From a virus (taxonomy: Duplodnaviria; Caudoviricetes), in IMG/VR virus record IMGVR_UViG_3300021400_000134: a stretch of DNA of 64,000 nt. One strand, given 5' to 3'. Below the pieces are notes generated by a model. The model saw only the letters and a program-made list of their open reading frames with translations. It did not search any database and was not told the DNA's origin. The stretch's first letter is position 1. Every line of letters starts with the position of its first letter. The translations under genes and the position numbers were made by a program. Of this stretch, positions 13,204 through 24,804 are shown piece by piece.

Positions 13204-15354
13204 ATGATTACTTATATCAATAATGATAATAAACAAGACTATACAGTATTGTTTAATAAAGCCTCTGCTAAACTAGGTCTTGCACCAGTAGAAAAAGAAG
13301 TTGGCCTAGATAGTGATGGGAATCCAATTATCGAATATTATAAGTATGCATTAGCTGCTAATGGTACAAGAGAATTGGTTCCTTGTGTTGCTTTTGACCC
13401 TGCTGAAGGTGCAGATAACAGTAACGCAGATTTTGATGCAGATGGTAATTTTCTTATCTCAAAAGATGGACAAAAAGTTATCTCTAATGGAATCACTAGT
13501 TTAAATGAATATTTCCAACATATTGAAGAACTTTCTGAACTCGCTATTGGCGAGGGCAGAACGGGTTCAGATCCATATTTCTTAAGATTGCCTCTTGACG
13601 AGCCATTCTTTGAAATTAATGCAAATACCCGTGGAATTACAGTTCCAGGAGAATTAAGCCAGGTTGGTGTTGTTGGTGATAAACTTGCGGAAATTCTTTT
13701 CTTTAAAATAGATAGATATTATGATGCAGTTGATTTAGACACTCGTCATATCTATATTGAATGGGAACTTCCTGATGGAACTAGGGGTATTTCTAGAGAC
13801 TTTTTAAGAGATACTCAGTCTGAAAAAGATAAGATTATTTTTGGCTGGTTGATTGATGATGTTCTAACAAAACAAATCGGTACAATTAGATTTGCAGTAA
13901 GATTTGTAGAATGGACAGATAGAGGAGATGAAGCTGCTGTTAACGCTCAATTATTATACAGCTTTAGTTCATTACCAGCAACAATTTCTATTTCAGATAC
14001 TTTACACTACACCCTATTTGAAGATGATGAAGAGTTAAAATATAATACAGATGCAAATGTCACAGCAATCCAGACATTCAGAGGAGCTTTTGAAAACGCA
14101 AATCCAGATTCTGCAGACGAAACAGCTCCTGCATTAGCTGCAATTCCAGTATTTGTACGTAATCTTGATGTTAATGCAACATTAATGTCAGAAGGATTAT
14201 ATACTCGTAATCTAGAAGGTGGAGCAAAGAACCAGCCAGAAGGCTCATTAAAACTTATTGGTGAAGCTTATTCTCCAGACAGTGGAAGTGTTACTTATAT
14301 GTTTGGCTTCAAGGCTCAACAAGAAGATGGAACACAGGGCATGGCTACAAAGCATGACTTTATTGAAGTTACTGATTATAGTGATGAAAATAGAAGTTAC
14401 TTTGTTAAGGCTGATAATGGTATTTATGAATCAGTATCACAAACAGATATTGAAGCATTACCAGAAGGCACAAAGGTTTATGAAAAGATTGCTTATGCTA
14501 TTGCAACTAGACCTGGATATTATAAAGTAAATGCTCGTAATAGAGTATCTGGTAAGAAGACTAACACTGCAGATAGTTATATGCTTTATATTCCTTATGC
14601 AGCAATGCCTGAAGTTACTACACAAATGGCCGATCATTTTGTCATTAGCCAGGTAGATTATGAAGAAACTTTCAATGCAAATGCACAAAGTGGTGCAAAT
14701 GCAACAAGTAATATCGAATATATTCCAACTGCCGCAGCCGCAGCTAAATTAACTTTAGCCCCAGTAGTTAAGGCTAGTGATGGAAGTGCTGCTGGTCAGA
14801 CTGAAAACCTAAGTTATCAGTGGTATAAGAGTGAAGATATCTATGATACAGCAATGGAAAATGCTGTATTAATGGAAGGTGCAACTGAAGCTACTCTTGA
14901 AGTAACTACTCCTGGTTGCTACGCAATGAAAGTAGACAATCATTTTAATAATGACCATACTGAAACAGAGTTATTAGATGCTGGTGTTTGCCGAGTAACT
15001 AGAATGCCAGAAAAACCAACAATTAATTGGAGTGAATGGGAAGCAACAATTATCGCTGGTAGAGTAAATATTCCTGACCTTGAGGTTTCTGTTGGAGACC
15101 ATGACAAAGTTTTATATGCATGGCATAAGATTACAGACAATGCTGAAGATAAAGACCCAGTTGCTGAAGCTGATATGCTTCAAGCTTCTGGCGAATTAGA
15201 ATTCAACGCAGAGGGTAAAGCAATGTTACCATTCAGACCATTAACAAATGGTAGATATTATTTGATTCTTGAAAATCAATTAAATGGAGCAAGTGTATTC
15301 TCTAATTCAGCTTACGAATATGGTGTAATTTACGTTGAAGCTCAAAACAATTAA
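13204..15354 (+). CDS. Baseplate/tail protein with BppU-N-like region and Ig-like repeats (716 aa, no TGA)
   Basis: Intact ORF; EINANTRGITVP...GDKLAEILFFKIDRYYDAVDL region is paralogous to the next gene. Confidence 0.75.
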   Translation: MITYINNDNKQDYTVLFNKASAKLGLAPVEKEVGLDSDGNPIIEYYKYALAANGTRELVPCVAFDPAEGADNSNADFDADGNFLISKDGQKVISNGITSLNEYFQHIEELSELAIGEGRTGSDPYFLRLPLDEPFFEINANTRGITVPGELSQVGVVGDKLAEILFFKIDRYYDAVDLDTRHIYIEWELPDGTRGISRDFLRDTQSEKDKIIFGWLIDDVLTKQIGTIRFAVRFVEWTDRGDEAAVNAQLLYSFSSLPATISISDTLHYTLFEDDEELKYNTDANVTAIQTFRGAFENANPDSADETAPALAAIPVFVRNLDVNATLMSEGLYTRNLEGGAKNQPEGSLKLIGEAYSPDSGSVTYMFGFKAQQEDGTQGMATKHDFIEVTDYSDENRSYFVKADNGIYESVSQTDIEALPEGTKVYEKIAYAIATRPGYYKVNARNRVSGKKTNTADSYMLYIPYAAMPEVTTQMADHFVISQVDYEETFNANAQSGANATSNIEYIPTAAAAAKLTLAPVVKASDGSAAGQTENLSYQWYKSEDIYDTAMENAVLMEGATEATLEVTTPGCYAMKVDNHFNNDHTETELLDAGVCRVTRMPEKPTINWSEWEATIIAGRVNIPDLEVSVGDHDKVLYAWHKITDNAEDKDPVAEADMLQASGELEFNAEGKAMLPFRPLTNGRYYLILENQLNGASVFSNSAYEYGVIYVEAQNN

Positions 15355-15375
15355 TTCAAAAGGAGGTAAAAGCTA

Positions 15376-16167
15376 ATGATCACAACTCCTGAAGAATATG
15401 TAAAATATCTATGGGGGATTGAAACGCAAGAGCCTCTTTATGGTAGCCAAGTAACAGCGGATGAACCAGACCAAGCAATTCTAGATTATCTGGAATTGCT
15501 TGGTATTAATCCAGCAGAATTGCAATTAGACGAGGAAGGATGTGTGCTAAATCCAACTACTGGTGAAGTAGTAATGCATACAGTTAATCCTTATAATAAT
15601 AAGCCAATTCTATCTGTTATTTTGCCATCTGATGAAAAGACTTTTGATGTTGATTTAGACTCTAGAGAGATTTCAGTTCCAACATTTTTAAGTGTTTCTA
15701 AAGACCATAGGGCTGAAACGATTTACTTCCTTGTGGATAGATATTATGACTATAAAGATTTATCTCAAACTTCTTGTATTATTGAATTTATTAATGCGGA
15801 AGGTGAAGGTGGATATTATGTAGTTCCATTTTATGACATTAGTTCATATCCAAGATATTTTGATGAAGATAATGTCGAACATGAAGCAAAAATGCTTATA
15901 CCTTGGTGCATTGAAGGCAATGCTACTAAGGGTTCTGGCCCAGTTCAATTTGCAATTAGATTTTATCAATTAGATGATGCAAATAAAAATTTCATTTATA
16001 ATTTAAGAACAAGAGTCGCAACAGCGCAAGTTCTTGAAGGAATGGATGAAAGTGTTTTGGATGCACATCTTGATACTGATTTGATGGCTAATTTATTGCT
16101 ACAAATTAATAATAAATTAGAAACCACCGAAGCAACAATTTATTGAACTGATTTACCAAAATATTAA
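15376..16167 (+). CDS. BppU-N-like baseplate protein (263 aa, 1 TGA=Trp near C-terminus)
   Basis: DVDLDSREISVP...KDHRAETIYFLVDRYYDYKDL. TGA 16144 followed by TDLPKY-TAA, then a terminator. Confidence 0.75.
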
Positions 16168-16173
16168 AATTAA

Positions 16174-16209
16174 AAGGGTATCCTAATTTAGGATACCCTT
16201 ATTTTTTTT
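16174..16209 (+). terminator. Intrinsic terminator
   Basis: AAGGGTATCCTAA-T-TTAGGATACCCTT then ATTTTTTTT. Confidence 0.85.
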
Positions 16210-16253
16210 GGCCAAATGTATATAAGACATTTTCTATAAAACTCAAATATTTT
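16210..16253 (+). promoter_or_regulatory. Putative phage-specific promoter motif, copy 4
   Basis: GGCCAA-ATGTAT-ATAA-18nt-CAAATATTT. Confidence 0.6.
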
Positions 16254-16321
16254 AGAAAGAAAATAAGATTTTCTTTAATAGAGAAAATTTAATAGAATAA
16301 AAGGAGAAAGGAGCGTAATAA

Positions 16322-19246
16322 ATGTCTGATACATTGGTAAAATTTAAAACCGGAACTGTTGAAGACCTAGCCTCAAAAAAGGTTATTGATGGAGTAGAAT
16401 ATCCTTCTATTCCATTGGAATCAGGTTCAGTATATTTTGCAGTTGATACGGAAAATTCTAATGGTAAAATTGTATATGACTATCCGCTTGTGCGAACAGG
16501 TTTAAGTAATTGAAACAGTACCACTTCATATGCAAAAGACGCAGAAGTAATTTATAATGGAAAATATTACAAATCCTTTGTTGCTAATAATATTGGACAC
16601 GTTCCTTATGGAGCAGCGAATAGTTATAATTACTGAAGAGAAATTGTAACTCGAGTAGTAATGGGAAGTAGCTATGGATTGAAACTTGAAAATGGAAATT
16701 TAATACTGGTAAGAGATGGTCAAAATACTTCGGTATCATTACCAGATAATAATACTTGGCAAGCAAATACCAATTCTCAAGAAGGCTATGTTGCTTCTGG
16801 CTCTGGACAAGCTAACAAGGTTTGAAAAACAGATGGCAGTGGAAATCCTGCATGAAGAGATGATGATAACAACACATATTCAACTGCGACTAATACAAAT
16901 TTAGGTTTGGTGAAACCTTGATATAGTCATACTAAAGCCAGTACTGGGCCTACTACAGGCTCAAATGCAACCGCAGTAAATGTAAATGCTTTATCTTCTA
17001 CTGTAGGAAAGTATTATGCAATAGAGAGTGATAGCAATGGTAGATTATTTGTTAATGTGCCATGAGCCAATGATAATACATGGCAAGCCAATACAAATGC
17101 CCAGGCGGGTTACGTTACTTCTGGAGCTAGTCAAGTTAATAAAGTATGAAAAACCGATGCAAATGGAAACCCGGCTTGACGCGATGATGCAAATACTACA
17201 TATTCAACAGCAACATCTTCTGTCCTTGGATTGACAAAATTAGGTTCAGATACGGTTCAGTCTGTTGATGCAAACGCAGTTTCATCTGAAACAGGAAAAA
17301 CATATGCAATTCAATTAAATGGTTCTAGCCAAATGGTTGTTAATGTGCCTTGACAAAATGATAATACTTGAAATAAAGCAACTACGGCACAAGATGGCTA
17401 TATTTCTAAACTATCTGGAAATGCAACTCAGTATTTAAATGGTAAAGGCCAATGGTCAACGCCACCTAATGATAATACAACCTATGGGTTATCTATTTCC
17501 GGTCATACGGTTTCTCTCGTTGCAGGAGGTACAACTACGTCTGTTACAGTTCCAGATAATAATGACAACACTTGACAGGCTAATACGGCAACTCAAGAAG
17601 GTTATGTATCAGCGCCTCCAACAGGAGATGATGGAAAAAACAAAGTTTGAAAAACAGATTCTTCTGGAGTTCCTGGATGGAGAAATGATAGTAATAATAC
17701 TTATAGTCTTGCTAAATACAATAATTTAGGTCTTGTAAAACCTGCTTATAGTTCTACTGGTGCTGCTACATTAACAACAGCAGCCGCACAGAATTCTTCT
17801 ACTCCAACAATTGCAGCAAAAACAACCGATGCGGGAAGATATTATGGGGTAGAAGCAGATAAAAATGGAATTTTATTTGTTAACGTTCCATGAACAGATA
17901 ATAATACATGACAGGCCGCAACCACAGGTCAAGTAGGTTATATTCCAAAATTATCAGGTACCGCAACACAATATTTAAATGGCGCTGGTCAATGAACAAC
18001 TCCCCCAAATGATAATACTACTTATGGATTGTCAATAAGTGGACATACAGTTTCTATTGTTGCTGGAGGAACAAATACTTCGGTAACAGTACCAGATAAT
18101 AACGATAATACATGACAGCTTAATACAAAAAATCAAGAAGGATATGTAGCCTCTCCAAACGGTGGAACAAATAAAATATGAATGACAAATTCAACAGATG
18201 GAACACCAGCATGGACTGCAATTGGGGATGTACTAAAAGTTGGCGATGCAATGGTTTTTAAAGGCGTTATTGCAGGTACTGCCACATCACCGGGTGCATT
18301 TACAAAAGCCGCAAATTGCGGTGATACATATAGAGTTTCTACTGCTGGATATGTTAATGGACAAAAAGTTGAAGCAGGAGATTTGTTTATTTGTACTGCT
18401 GACGGCACAGTTGCTGCAACTTCTTCAAATTATTCAACGGTACAAAATACATGAACAATTGCACAAACAAATTTAGACGGTGCAGTTATTGGTCCTGCTA
18501 GTGCGTCTACAGGTAATTTCGTTCAATTTGATGGCACAAGTGGAAAATTAATTAGTGATAGTGGATATTCATCAAGTAGTTTTTCGTTAGTAGGACACAA
18601 TCATGACGGTGCTTATGTCAACGTTACTGGCGATACAATGACTGGTGTATTAAAGGCATATGCTAATCAATACACGGATGATTATACTACATGTGGTATA
18701 AATATGCAAAATTCTGATATTGTGGGATTAAACAGTATTTATACTGCCGATAGCGCAGACGGGGCAGGAGAAGGCATTCATTTTTATAGAGATTCAACCC
18801 ATGTTGATACTTTATGAATGAATGGTGGAGATATTCTATTTGTTCCCAATAGAGCTTTAGGGACAAATACGTCTAAGGCGAATTCTCAAAAAGTTGGTAG
18901 ATTTACAGCTAATCCAACTTCTGGACAAGTTGTAATTACAGATGGAACTACTGGTGGGATGAAATCTAGTGGTTATACCATTGCTAAAAGTGTTCCAAGT
19001 GATGCCAAATTTACTGATACAGACACTAAGCAAAATATTACATTAAAAACAACAACAAAAGGATATATAACGGCTGTTGAAACAACTCCTACTGGCACAG
19101 CAGCCGCCCAGCCGGGTATTGCCGATACTGGAGTTTATTTAACAACAACAGCTGGTCAAATAAATGCAAAAACATATAAAGTAGATGAAGCAGTAACGCT
19201 TCAATACAATTCAACAACAAAGTCATTAGACTTTATATTCGCATAA
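16322..19246 (+). CDS. Repetitive tail fibre protein (974 aa) with a CBM5/12-like motif; heavily TGA-recoded
   Basis: ORFs 16322, 18182 and 18818 share one frame. Repeats DNNTWQANT..QEGYV...NKVWKTD..GNPAWRDD have W encoded by TGA or TGG at equivalent positions; ends TAA. Confidence 0.85.
17340..18150 (+). repeat. Internal duplication (~90 aa, two copies ~540 nt apart) in the fibre gene
   Basis: KLSG.ATQYLNG.GQW.TPPNDNTTYGLSISGHTVS.VAGGT.TSVTVPDNNDNTW occurs twice; GQW is TGG at 17453 and TGA at 17993. Confidence 0.85.
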
Positions 19247-19263
19247 TATAGAGGAGAGTTAAC

Positions 19264-19293
19264 TTGACTCTCCTTTTACTTTTATGTTATAAT
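19264..19293 (+). promoter_or_regulatory. SigmaA-type promoter overlapping a terminator hairpin
   Basis: TTGACT-18nt-TATAAT with extended TG; -35 lies in hairpin AGGAGAGTTAA-C-TTGACTCTCCT-TTT. Confidence 0.6.
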
Positions 19294-19313
19294 AAGAGAG
19301 AAAGGAGACTACT

Positions 19314-21683
19314 ATGGCGTTAAGAGTTTGGCTACCGCTCAATGGTAGTCTTGAAAATAAAGGGGTTAGTGATTATGAAATTAGAAGTGCTAATATCACT
19401 ATAGCAGATGATGGGAAAATAGGAAAATGCTATAGCTTTAATGGAAGTAATTCTTATATTAATATCACTAATTTTGAAATAGGAAATAATTGGTCATATG
19501 GATGTTGAATTAATACTCCAAATTCTGATTCTAGAGGTTGAGAAATTGTTATGATATTAAATAATTCTGGGTCAGATGCAGATTCTCAATTTGCTTTTTG
19601 AGTTCATCAAAAAGAGAATCGTTTTGAAAGTTTGGCAAATACTCAATATGTATCTACCATTCCCTATACCAATTATTATAATAATTGACATCATTTTTTT
19701 GCAACTTTTAATGGCGCTTTATTAACAACTTATATTGATGGAAATGTAGTTAATACAAAAACTATTACAGCAACGCAATATAATGCCGTGAACTTAACAA
19801 TTGGTGCACGAAGTACAAATGCAACAGGAACAGCTTTTGCAAATTGATTTCAAGGAAAATTAAATGATATTCGTGTTTATGACCATTGTCTTTCCGCAAA
19901 GGAAGTAAAAGAAATTTCACAAGGTTTAGTTTTGCATTATAAATTAGATAATCCTTCTATTACAAATTATTTTGAAACAGGAAATCTTATTCCAAATTAT
20001 AGGGAAATGAATTTAGGTTCGGCCAATGTTTCTACAGGAACTTGGCGTTTAGCTGGGACAAGTAATATGACTAGAGCAAGAATTCAAATTACAGATTCTC
20101 CAATTGGAACATGTTATTGTTTTCAAAACTCTGGTATACAAACAGCTAATGATGGTTCATGTTATGGAATAGATAGTACAACTTATTTTGAACCAAATAC
20201 TGAATATAGAATTTCAATGTTTGCAAGAATAACATCTGGAACAGAAGGATATGCAGGTTATAATATTTATAATATTTCTTCAGAACTAGGTGGTTCTCAT
20301 ACGAAAATTGATAAAAATTATAGAGTAACTTCTTTAAATTCAGATGGTTCTTGAACTTATTGTTGATATCATTTTAAAACAAATTCAACGGCTACTAGAA
20401 ATATTTATATTGGTATTACCACTGGAGAGACTTCTGTAACTACACAAATGTGTTTAATTAGAATTGATAAATGAAATGATGGAATGGATACTACTAAAAT
20501 TGTTGATTCTTCTGGTTATGGGAATGATGGAAGTGTAATTGGAAATACTTTAATTCAAAGAAATTTCTCTAGATATAATACATCTATTTATATGAACAAT
20601 ACAGGTACAACAAATCATATTGAATATAATGCTTTAAATATTAGTGGCGCATTTACAATTAGTTTTTGAGTAAAGGCAGCATTGTCAAAAAATCAAGTAA
20701 TTTTTATTGATAATGGACATGGTTATGAATTTGGTATTTTAAATAATTTATTTTATACATCAACAACGACAAATAAGGGATGAGCAACGTCAAAATTTTT
20801 AACAAATAATTGAAATCATATTGTTATAAGATCCTCTGATGGAACGACAGCAGAATTATTTATTAACGGAATTCAAGAAACTTCAAGAACGGGTGCGAAT
20901 AATAATTATTTACATAATAAAACCAATCCTTGATTATTAAATAGAGGTAATAATAGTAGCTATGCAGCTGATGCTAGTTTATCTGATTTCCGTATTTATG
21001 CAACTGCCCTTTCTGCAGAAGATATATTAGATTTATATCATACTCCAGCAAATATAGATAATTTACAAAATATGCATACTTTTGAATTTCGAGAAAATAG
21101 TGAAAAAACTTCAATATATCAAAATGGTATTACATCTACAACAAATGAAATACATGAATCAAATGCAGAATTATTAAATACCATGAGTATTGGAGGTTAT
21201 ACTCCAGCAAAAAATATAGCAAATTCTTGCACTAATTTTGGATATGCAAATTTTGATAATTATGCTTCTTTGGGCAAAGATTTAGCAGTGCATATAGAAT
21301 GTGATGTTGAATGGACCGCATTTACAGCAGATACCGGAGGAACTTTTAGAGGAGTTTGGTTTCAAGGAGCAAATTATGAAATTGCTTCAAGTTCTTTTAA
21401 ATGAGCTGGTACGAATTATATATGTAGTGCTTTAAATTCAGCCTTTTCATTACAAACCATATCTACAATAACAACAGCTGGAAAACACCATTATAATATT
21501 ACGACAACAATTCCTGCTAGTTGATTTGCAACATATAGTAGATCTAATTTAGGTTGAAGATGTGATTATTCTGATGGAACAGGTCATATTGATATAAAAA
21601 ATTTAAAAATAACTCCATTGCAATACTACAATGCTAAAATTGGTGAAGATTTTATTTCAGCAAATAATTTTATAGAAAAATAA
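19314..21683 (+). CDS. LamG/concanavalin-A-like lectin domain tail protein (789 aa), many TGA=Trp
   Basis: ORFs 19314, 19932, 20484 and 21072 in one frame; LamG motifs GKCYSFNG, FQGKLNDIRVYDHCLS, LSDFRIYATALS; ends TAA 21681-21683. Confidence 0.85.
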
Positions 21684-21695
21684 GGAGGTGCCAGG

Positions 21696-22319
21696 ATGGC
21701 GCAATTAAATACATATACGGTATATTGTCATACCAATTTAATAAATGGAAAAAAATATGTTGGTATAACAAAAAATGTGCCAGAAATCCGTTGAGGATAT
21801 AATGGCATCAACTATAAAGGTTGTACTTTATTTTGAAAAGCGATAGAGAAATATGGTTGAAATAATTTTTCACATGATATTTTAGAAACTGGCTTATCAG
21901 AAAAAGAAGCTATAGAAAAAGAACGATATTATATAAAATTATGAGACACAATGAAAACTAATGGATATAATTTGACTTCTGGCGGAGAAATTAATAAAGA
22001 AATTGACGAAGAATATAGACAGCGTTTAAGAGATTCTCATTTAGGTATAAAGTATTCTGAAACTACAAGAAAGAACATGTCTAAAGCAAAAATGGGTCAT
22101 CCTGGTTATAATTGTAAACCTGTTTGAATGTGTGATAAAATAACACATGAAAAAATTAAATATTTTAAAAATTCTATTGAAGCAGAAAAATTTTTAAATA
22201 AAGGCAACACGCGTGCTCATATTGGGCACGTATGCCAAGGAAAAAGACCTTCCGCTTATGGATATTACTGAATGTTTGCGGATAAGGCAGAAGGAGGTGT
22301 TGACCTATCGCACAATTAA
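21696..22319 (+). mobile_element. Free-standing GIY-YIG homing endonuclease with NUMOD3/NUMOD1-like C-terminus (207 aa); all 6 Trp are TGA; missing from ORF track
   Basis: YTVYCHTNLINGKKYVGIT...KAIEKYG-W-NNF...EKERYYI...GYNLTSGG, then SETTRKNMSKAKMG and IGHVCQGKRPSAYGYY-W. Confidence 0.88.
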
Positions 22320-23107
22320 AAGATAGCTTAATTACTGGTGATTTGCGAGTCACTGGTACGATATATGGAGACGCCAATTTGAGTTCACTTAATGCGAGCG
22401 GAACTGGATTGGGGTCTAATGGACAAGTTTTAAAATCAACAGGAACTGGATTGGCTTGATTGACATTGGGAAGCTTGGCTTCTAAAAGTACAATTTCTAA
22501 TCATTCTGTCACAATACCAACAGGAGAGACTAGTAGAACAGCGGATGTTGCAGTAAATACAACAACGGTTAACTCAATTACTGGTGTTGGTACATTGCCA
22601 AGTTTAACTGTTACGGCAACTGATGTAGTAACAGGCGGTACTACTACTGCTATTCCAAATATTTCAAAGAAAACTGTTGTAACGGGTGTTACTAAAAAGA
22701 CAGTTGTAACTGGAGGATCTACAACAGCAGTTCCTAACATTTCAAAGAAAACTGTTGTAACATCAGCAACTGCAGCAAAAGCTACCTATAGTTCTGGAGT
22801 ATTGACAATTTCCGATGGAAGTGTGACGACCGGTGATTCAGTAACAGTAGGAACTGCAATTAATGCTTATACAAGTTTAACAACTGGAGATAGTGTTACT
22901 GTAACAACTGGTGATTCAGTAACAGTTGGTACAGCTATTAATGCTTATACTGCTTTAACTACTTCAAGCATCGGTTCCGCTAGTAATTGAAGTGCTGGTA
23001 CATTACCAACTAAAGGTTCTAATACAACTGTTGCTACTGGAATTAAAACACAGCCTACATTTACAGTTACAACGCAAACAACAACATTAACACATACAAT
23101 AAGTTAA
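22307..23107 (+). CDS. Thr-rich tail fibre-like protein (266 aa), apparent non-canonical ATC start
   Basis: AAGGAGGTG 7 nt upstream of ATC-GCA-CAA-TTA-AAA-GAT (xAQLKDSLITGDLRVTG). Same frame as ORF 22460..22990; TGA read-through to TAA 23105. Confidence 0.7.
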
Positions 23108-23119
23108 GGAGGTAATTAA

Positions 23120-24577
23120 ATGGCAAATGGTTTAATAGGAAAAATAACTGCCGGAGGTGGTACACATTTAATTGCCTCGACAGCTTACTTTACGTGTGCA
23201 ACGGCTAAGGCTACTGCGGCAAAAGTGGCAGCTGCTGCAGATACAAATTTAGATAATATAACTTTAATGACAGGCTTAACTATTTATGTAAAATTTACAA
23301 ATCATAATGAAGTAGCAAATCCAACATTGGCTTTATATAAATCAGATGGTACGACTAATTTAGTTGCTGCTAAACCTATTATGAGATATGGAACAACAAC
23401 AGCTTATCAAAGTGCTGCTGGTTCTTGGCGCGATGGGGCAGTAGTAGCTTTTACTTATGATGGAACTAATTGAGTTGAGCACTCGAGTATTGATGATAAT
23501 AGTAATGATACAGGATATTATGTTAGACATATCTATACAAATATTAAAGCTGGTTCTGTTGGTATTTTCCCTTATACAATAATTATGCAAAGAAATGACG
23601 GACGTTGAGATTCTATTGTAACAAGTAGTTCTACTGGTACGTCAAAAGCGTGTAATACAAATGGATTCGTATTAGGTCAAGTCATGCTAATGTATGCGAA
23701 TAAAACTTATGCCGCAGATGCTAATGTTGATACATATAATGTATGACAAATGCATAGCGGACTAGTTGATCATAGATATAGTTTTAATACCGCTAATAAT
23801 GCAACAAGTGGTACTGCCGCTAGAAAACCTATATATTTAGTTGGGACTGTTACTAATGGATTATTCTATTTAGATACAACTAAATGATGAGCTACTGCTT
23901 TACCGACAAGTGCTGATGGGAAAGTCTATATTTATATAGGAGAATCTTATGATTATTATAGACTTACGTTTACTGGGTATCATCCAATATATCATTATAC
24001 AAATGGAGCTTTAAGACTATACGGGGGAGACGCCTCAACGGTTAATGGACAAGTATTAGGTACATTAGCAACTAAATCCAGCATTGCTAATCATTCATAT
24101 ACGCCAGCTGGAAGTGTCTCCGTTTCTACTAATGCGACAACCAATAAAACAGCTACGGTTAGCCCAGCGTCTTCTGGAACGGCTACATATACACCAGCTG
24201 GAACAATTGCTGTAAATACTGCAGGTTCTACTGTTGCTGCAGATGATATTACCGCATGAACAACTAATACGCCAACAGCGGTTACTAAAAAAACTGTTGT
24301 AACTGGTACGAGCGCAACTACAATTAGCGTATCTTCTGAAGTTTTAACAATACCTGCTTCCGTTATAACGTCTGCAACTACTGGTGATAGCGTTAGTGTA
24401 ACAGCAGGTACAGCTGCATCATTATCATACACTGCACGTACAGTTAAATCTGGAGATGCCAGTTATAAATTTACTGGTACTGGTGTGCGTTTGGTTACTG
24501 GTAATATTGCGGTTCCTAATACATATACCGCATCATTTACCGGCACAGCAGCAACATTGACTCATACAGTTTCATAA
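23120..24577 (+). CDS. Tail fibre-like protein (485 aa), TGA=Trp including tandem TGA-TGA
   Basis: RBS AGGAGG; open apart from TGA (e.g. YDGTN-W-V, TTK-W-W-AT at 23885); ends TAA; C-terminus resembles preceding gene (..TLTHT.S). Confidence 0.85.
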
Positions 24578-24587
24578 AATTTTTTTC

Positions 24588-24616
24588 TTGACACATCAAG
24601 AAAAATTTCGTATAAT
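24588..24616 (+). promoter_or_regulatory. Consensus sigmaA promoter
   Basis: TTGACA-17nt-TATAAT. Confidence 0.8.
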
Positions 24617-24620
24617 ACAT

Positions 24621-24789
24621 ATAGGTTAAGATGGTAAGTCGATACCAGAATGAAAAGTTTAAAAAATGGATTGGGAATATTTAGCTGGAAAATCCTTATC
24701 ATCTTAATCTATTTTAAAAAATCGCCTCTTATTCCAAAAAATAGGAGGGAGGGGGTAAGTTTTAAATCTCTTACCTCCCATATTTTTTT
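24621..24789 (+). ncRNA. Candidate structured small RNA (or attenuated leader)
   Basis: Starts just after a perfect promoter. 18-bp stem 24621-24638/24695-24712 with two G-U pairs, a second hairpin, then a terminator-like hairpin plus T-run; no RBS-led ORF. Confidence 0.55.
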
Positions 24790-24804
24790 ATAGGAGGATA
24801 CAAC

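Noticed and set aside
21696-22319. Endonuclease as part of a group I intron
   Set aside because: The ORF fills the whole insert and no P7-type elements are visible
16322-24577. CRISPR array or DNA tandem repeats
   Set aside because: Repeats are degenerate and in-frame protein repeats, with no constant repeat-spacer pattern
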